DNA of 64,000 bases. Origin: Malacoraja senta. Its lineage: Eukaryota. Below, one piece after another: positions 61,713 through 64,000 of this stretch (its first letter is position 1; every line of letters begins with the position of its first letter). The stretch lies in NCBI GenBank assembly GCA_038087875.1, contig CM075996.1:9798001-9862000 (forward strand). The letters run 5' to 3'. A program made the position numbers and the translations under genes. A model generated the notes under the pieces. That model searched no databases and had not been told where the DNA came from. It saw only the letters and a list, made by a program, of their open reading frames with translations.

Positions 61713-62377
61713 AGGCCTGTCCCACTTGGACGACCTAATCCACGAGTTTAGAAGACCCTAGACGAGTTGAGACGAGTTGAAAAAAATGTCAAGGTCGTGT
61801 TGGCTCGCCGAAGTAAAATACCTCCTATGACTGTGTCTACGACCTCCTACGACTATGTCTACGACCTCCTACGACCCCCTCGACCTCAGTCTTCCACACC
61901 TAAGACCAACAACGACTAGTTACGGGTGGAACATGATCACATGATAAAATGATGTCATGTTCGCATTTTTTTTCTCGGGCCAGTTACCGACCTACGACTA
62001 CCTACGACTACCTACGACTACCTACGATTACCTACGACTATCTACGACTACTAACGACTACCTACGACTACCTACGATTACCTACGATTACCTACGACTA
62101 CCATCACGACCTACTACGACCTACCTACAACCTACCTACGAGTAAAAAGTATCAATTTTTTCCATGACGACCTTTTTTTTTACTCGTGGACATTTTTTAT
62201 CAGGCCGGATAAAACGCCGCGACCTACTTGAGGCCACGAGTACGCGGAGACCACTCACGAGCATGAGGAAGAGTTACGAAGACCTCCTACGACCTCGTGG
62301 CCACCATGCTGCGAGTATGAGTCAAGGGCAAACTCGGCAGAGGTCGCCAATTAGGTCGTGAAAGTGGGACAGGGGCT
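61713..62377. mobile_element. PIF/Harbinger-type MITE with internal (ACCTACGACT)n minisatellite
   Basis: AGGCCTGTCCCACTT / AAGTGGGACAGGGGCT; decamer array at about 61988-62140; 3' part matches 20600-20718. Confidence 0.85.
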
Positions 62378-63190
62378 TGAAGAAGTCCTCAACATGAATG
62401 TCCATTTCCTCCACAGATATTGCCTGACCCGCTGAGTTGCTGCAGCTCTTTGTGTCATGCTGGAGATTCCAGCATCCGCAGTTCCTTGTGTCAGCATATT
62501 TGCCTTTATTGCAGAGGGTTGGAGTTTCAGAAGTGGGTTACAGTTGTATAAGATGTTGGTGAGGCCACACCAGGAAACTATGCAAAGTTTGGTCCCCTTA
62601 TCCGAGAAAGGATACAGCAACAAAGGAGATAGTTTAAGAGAGATTTGCGTTTAAGTGCTGTGATGAGAGGGTTGCCCGATCAAGAGAGGTTATACAGTTT
62701 GAGTAGTATTTTCGAGGAGTTTAGTGGAATTGGGATGGGTGTGGTTATATCCAAACATAAAAAACCCGAAGCAGGTAGATGTTGAGATGGTGTCACTCTC
62801 TGCCCCGAGAGTGCTGGGAGTCAGATTATTAGCTAAGTATAACGCAGATGTTGATGAATAATGGAGAGATTGAGGGTGTGGGACTGGTATAGGAAGGTGT
62901 CGAGGCCAGCATGGTCAGCGATGATCATAGCGACTTGTGGAGCCTGGTGACGTCACTTGTTTGTGGGTACTGGCCCTTAGATAGAGCTTTACAATTAGTC
63001 CCATTCATTCAACCTTTCCTCATGTCTGGAACTTCACTTGGCTAGGTCGGAAAGACAGACAAGGAAAGAGGAAGCTAGTCACCCACCCACCATACCCACC
63101 CACACCTCATGAGTGAGGGAGGGGGAGGGGGGGGGGGTCAATAAAACAATAAAGTAGTTCCAAAGGGGCATAATCCAGGCAGCATTCTGC

Positions 63191-63328
63191 TTCTTCTTCT
63201 TTCGTGTGGCGTGCACAGCCTAAAGTTGTAGGACAACTTGTTCTATTTGATCTTCCGTTTGTGCACGTCGAGTCGATTGCATTAGTCGAAACAGGGCTGA
63301 CCACGTGAAGGTTGCAATCTTCCACCCC
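63191..63328 (-). mobile_element. ~140-bp Vingi/Ingi-like non-autonomous retroposon
   Basis: (GAA)n tail after GCCACACGAAA; TSD CATTCTGC (63183-63190, 63331-63338). Confidence 0.85.
63275..63328 (-). ncRNA. Predicted minimal HDV-like self-cleaving ribozyme (54 nt)
   Basis: GGGGUGG-AA-GAUUGCA-ACC-UUCACGU-GGU-CAGCCCU-G-UUUCGA-CUAA-UGCAAUC fits P1/P2/P3/L3/P1.1/J4-2 order; folded by eye. Confidence 0.78.
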
Positions 63329-63605
63329 ATCATTCTGCAAAAACCTCTTCTGCATCCTGTCCAAAGCCTCCACACCCTTGCTGTAAAAGATTGCACACAA
63401 TACTAGACAAACGTGGCCTGTCCACACTTAACACCTTTTATCACTCTATCTACTATGTTGGCACTTTCAGGGAGCTATGGACTTTAGTATAGTTTATTGT
63501 TTATCGTCACGTACAGTGAAAAGCTTTTATAGCATGCTAGCCTGTCAGCAGAAAAGCAATAAATACATGATTACAATCGAGCCATTTACAGAATATAGAT
63601 CCATG

Positions 63606-63950
63606 TGGCTCAGCACTTCAACTCCCCCTCCCATTCTGAATCCGACCTTTCTGTCCTGGGCCTCCTCCATGGCCAGAGTGAGGCCCACCGTAAATTGGAG
63701 GAGCAGCACCTCATATTTTGCTTGGGCAGTTTACACCCCAGTGGTATGAACATTGACTTCTCCAATTTCAGGTAGTCCCTGCTCTCTACTCCCCTTCCCA
63801 GCTCTCCCACAGCCCACAGTCTCCGCCTCTTCCTTTCCTCTTCCTGCCCCCCCCCCACCCTCACATCAGTCTCGATCCGAAACGTCGCCTATTTTCTTCG
63901 CTCCATAGATGCTGCCTCACCCGCTGTTTCTCCAGCATTTTTGTCTACCT
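63606..63950 (+). mobile_element. Penelope-like 3' fragment
   Basis: Homologous to 13944-14233 and 39940-40300. Confidence 0.82.
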
Positions 63951-64000
63951 GATAATTTCTACAGATGCGCCATAGAAAGCATTTTATCAGCATGCATCAC

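Overview
Eukaryotic, repeat-saturated, apparently intergenic or intronic DNA. The repeat repertoire (V-SINE/HE1-type tRNA SINEs with CR1 tails, CR1, Rex-Babar, L2, L1/Tx1 and Penelope-like fragments) suggests a cartilaginous fish such as a skate or ray; this is an inference from repeat content only. I could not support any host gene, tRNA/rRNA gene or CRISPR array. The only long credible ORF is a 5'-truncated L2 reverse transcriptase (8178-10019, minus). It sits inside a decayed DIRS tyrosine-recombinase retrotransposon (about 5693-12548) whose ITR/ICR terminal architecture is intact. Non-autonomous DNA transposons include hAT elements carrying a 37-bp minisatellite, a Blackjack-like hAT, two 2.7-kb elements with 5-bp TSDs, and seven PIF/Harbinger-type MITEs. 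There is also a CAAAGATCCTA family with a 28-bp palindrome-only derivative whose empty site is visible in the window. The most notable signal is three kinds of small retroelement carrying predicted self-cleaving RNA folds: (i) a ~140-bp (GAA)n-tailed element headed by a 54-nt minimal HDV-like ribozyme (63191-63328; disabled copy at 14466-14629); (ii) an RTE-like short element with a longer HDV-like fold (21074-21191); (iii) many ~95-bp Penelope-derived units starting at a hammerhead-like core, several with 11-15 bp TSDs. All folds and family names were read by eye, with no database search. Boundaries of decayed fragments are approximate.
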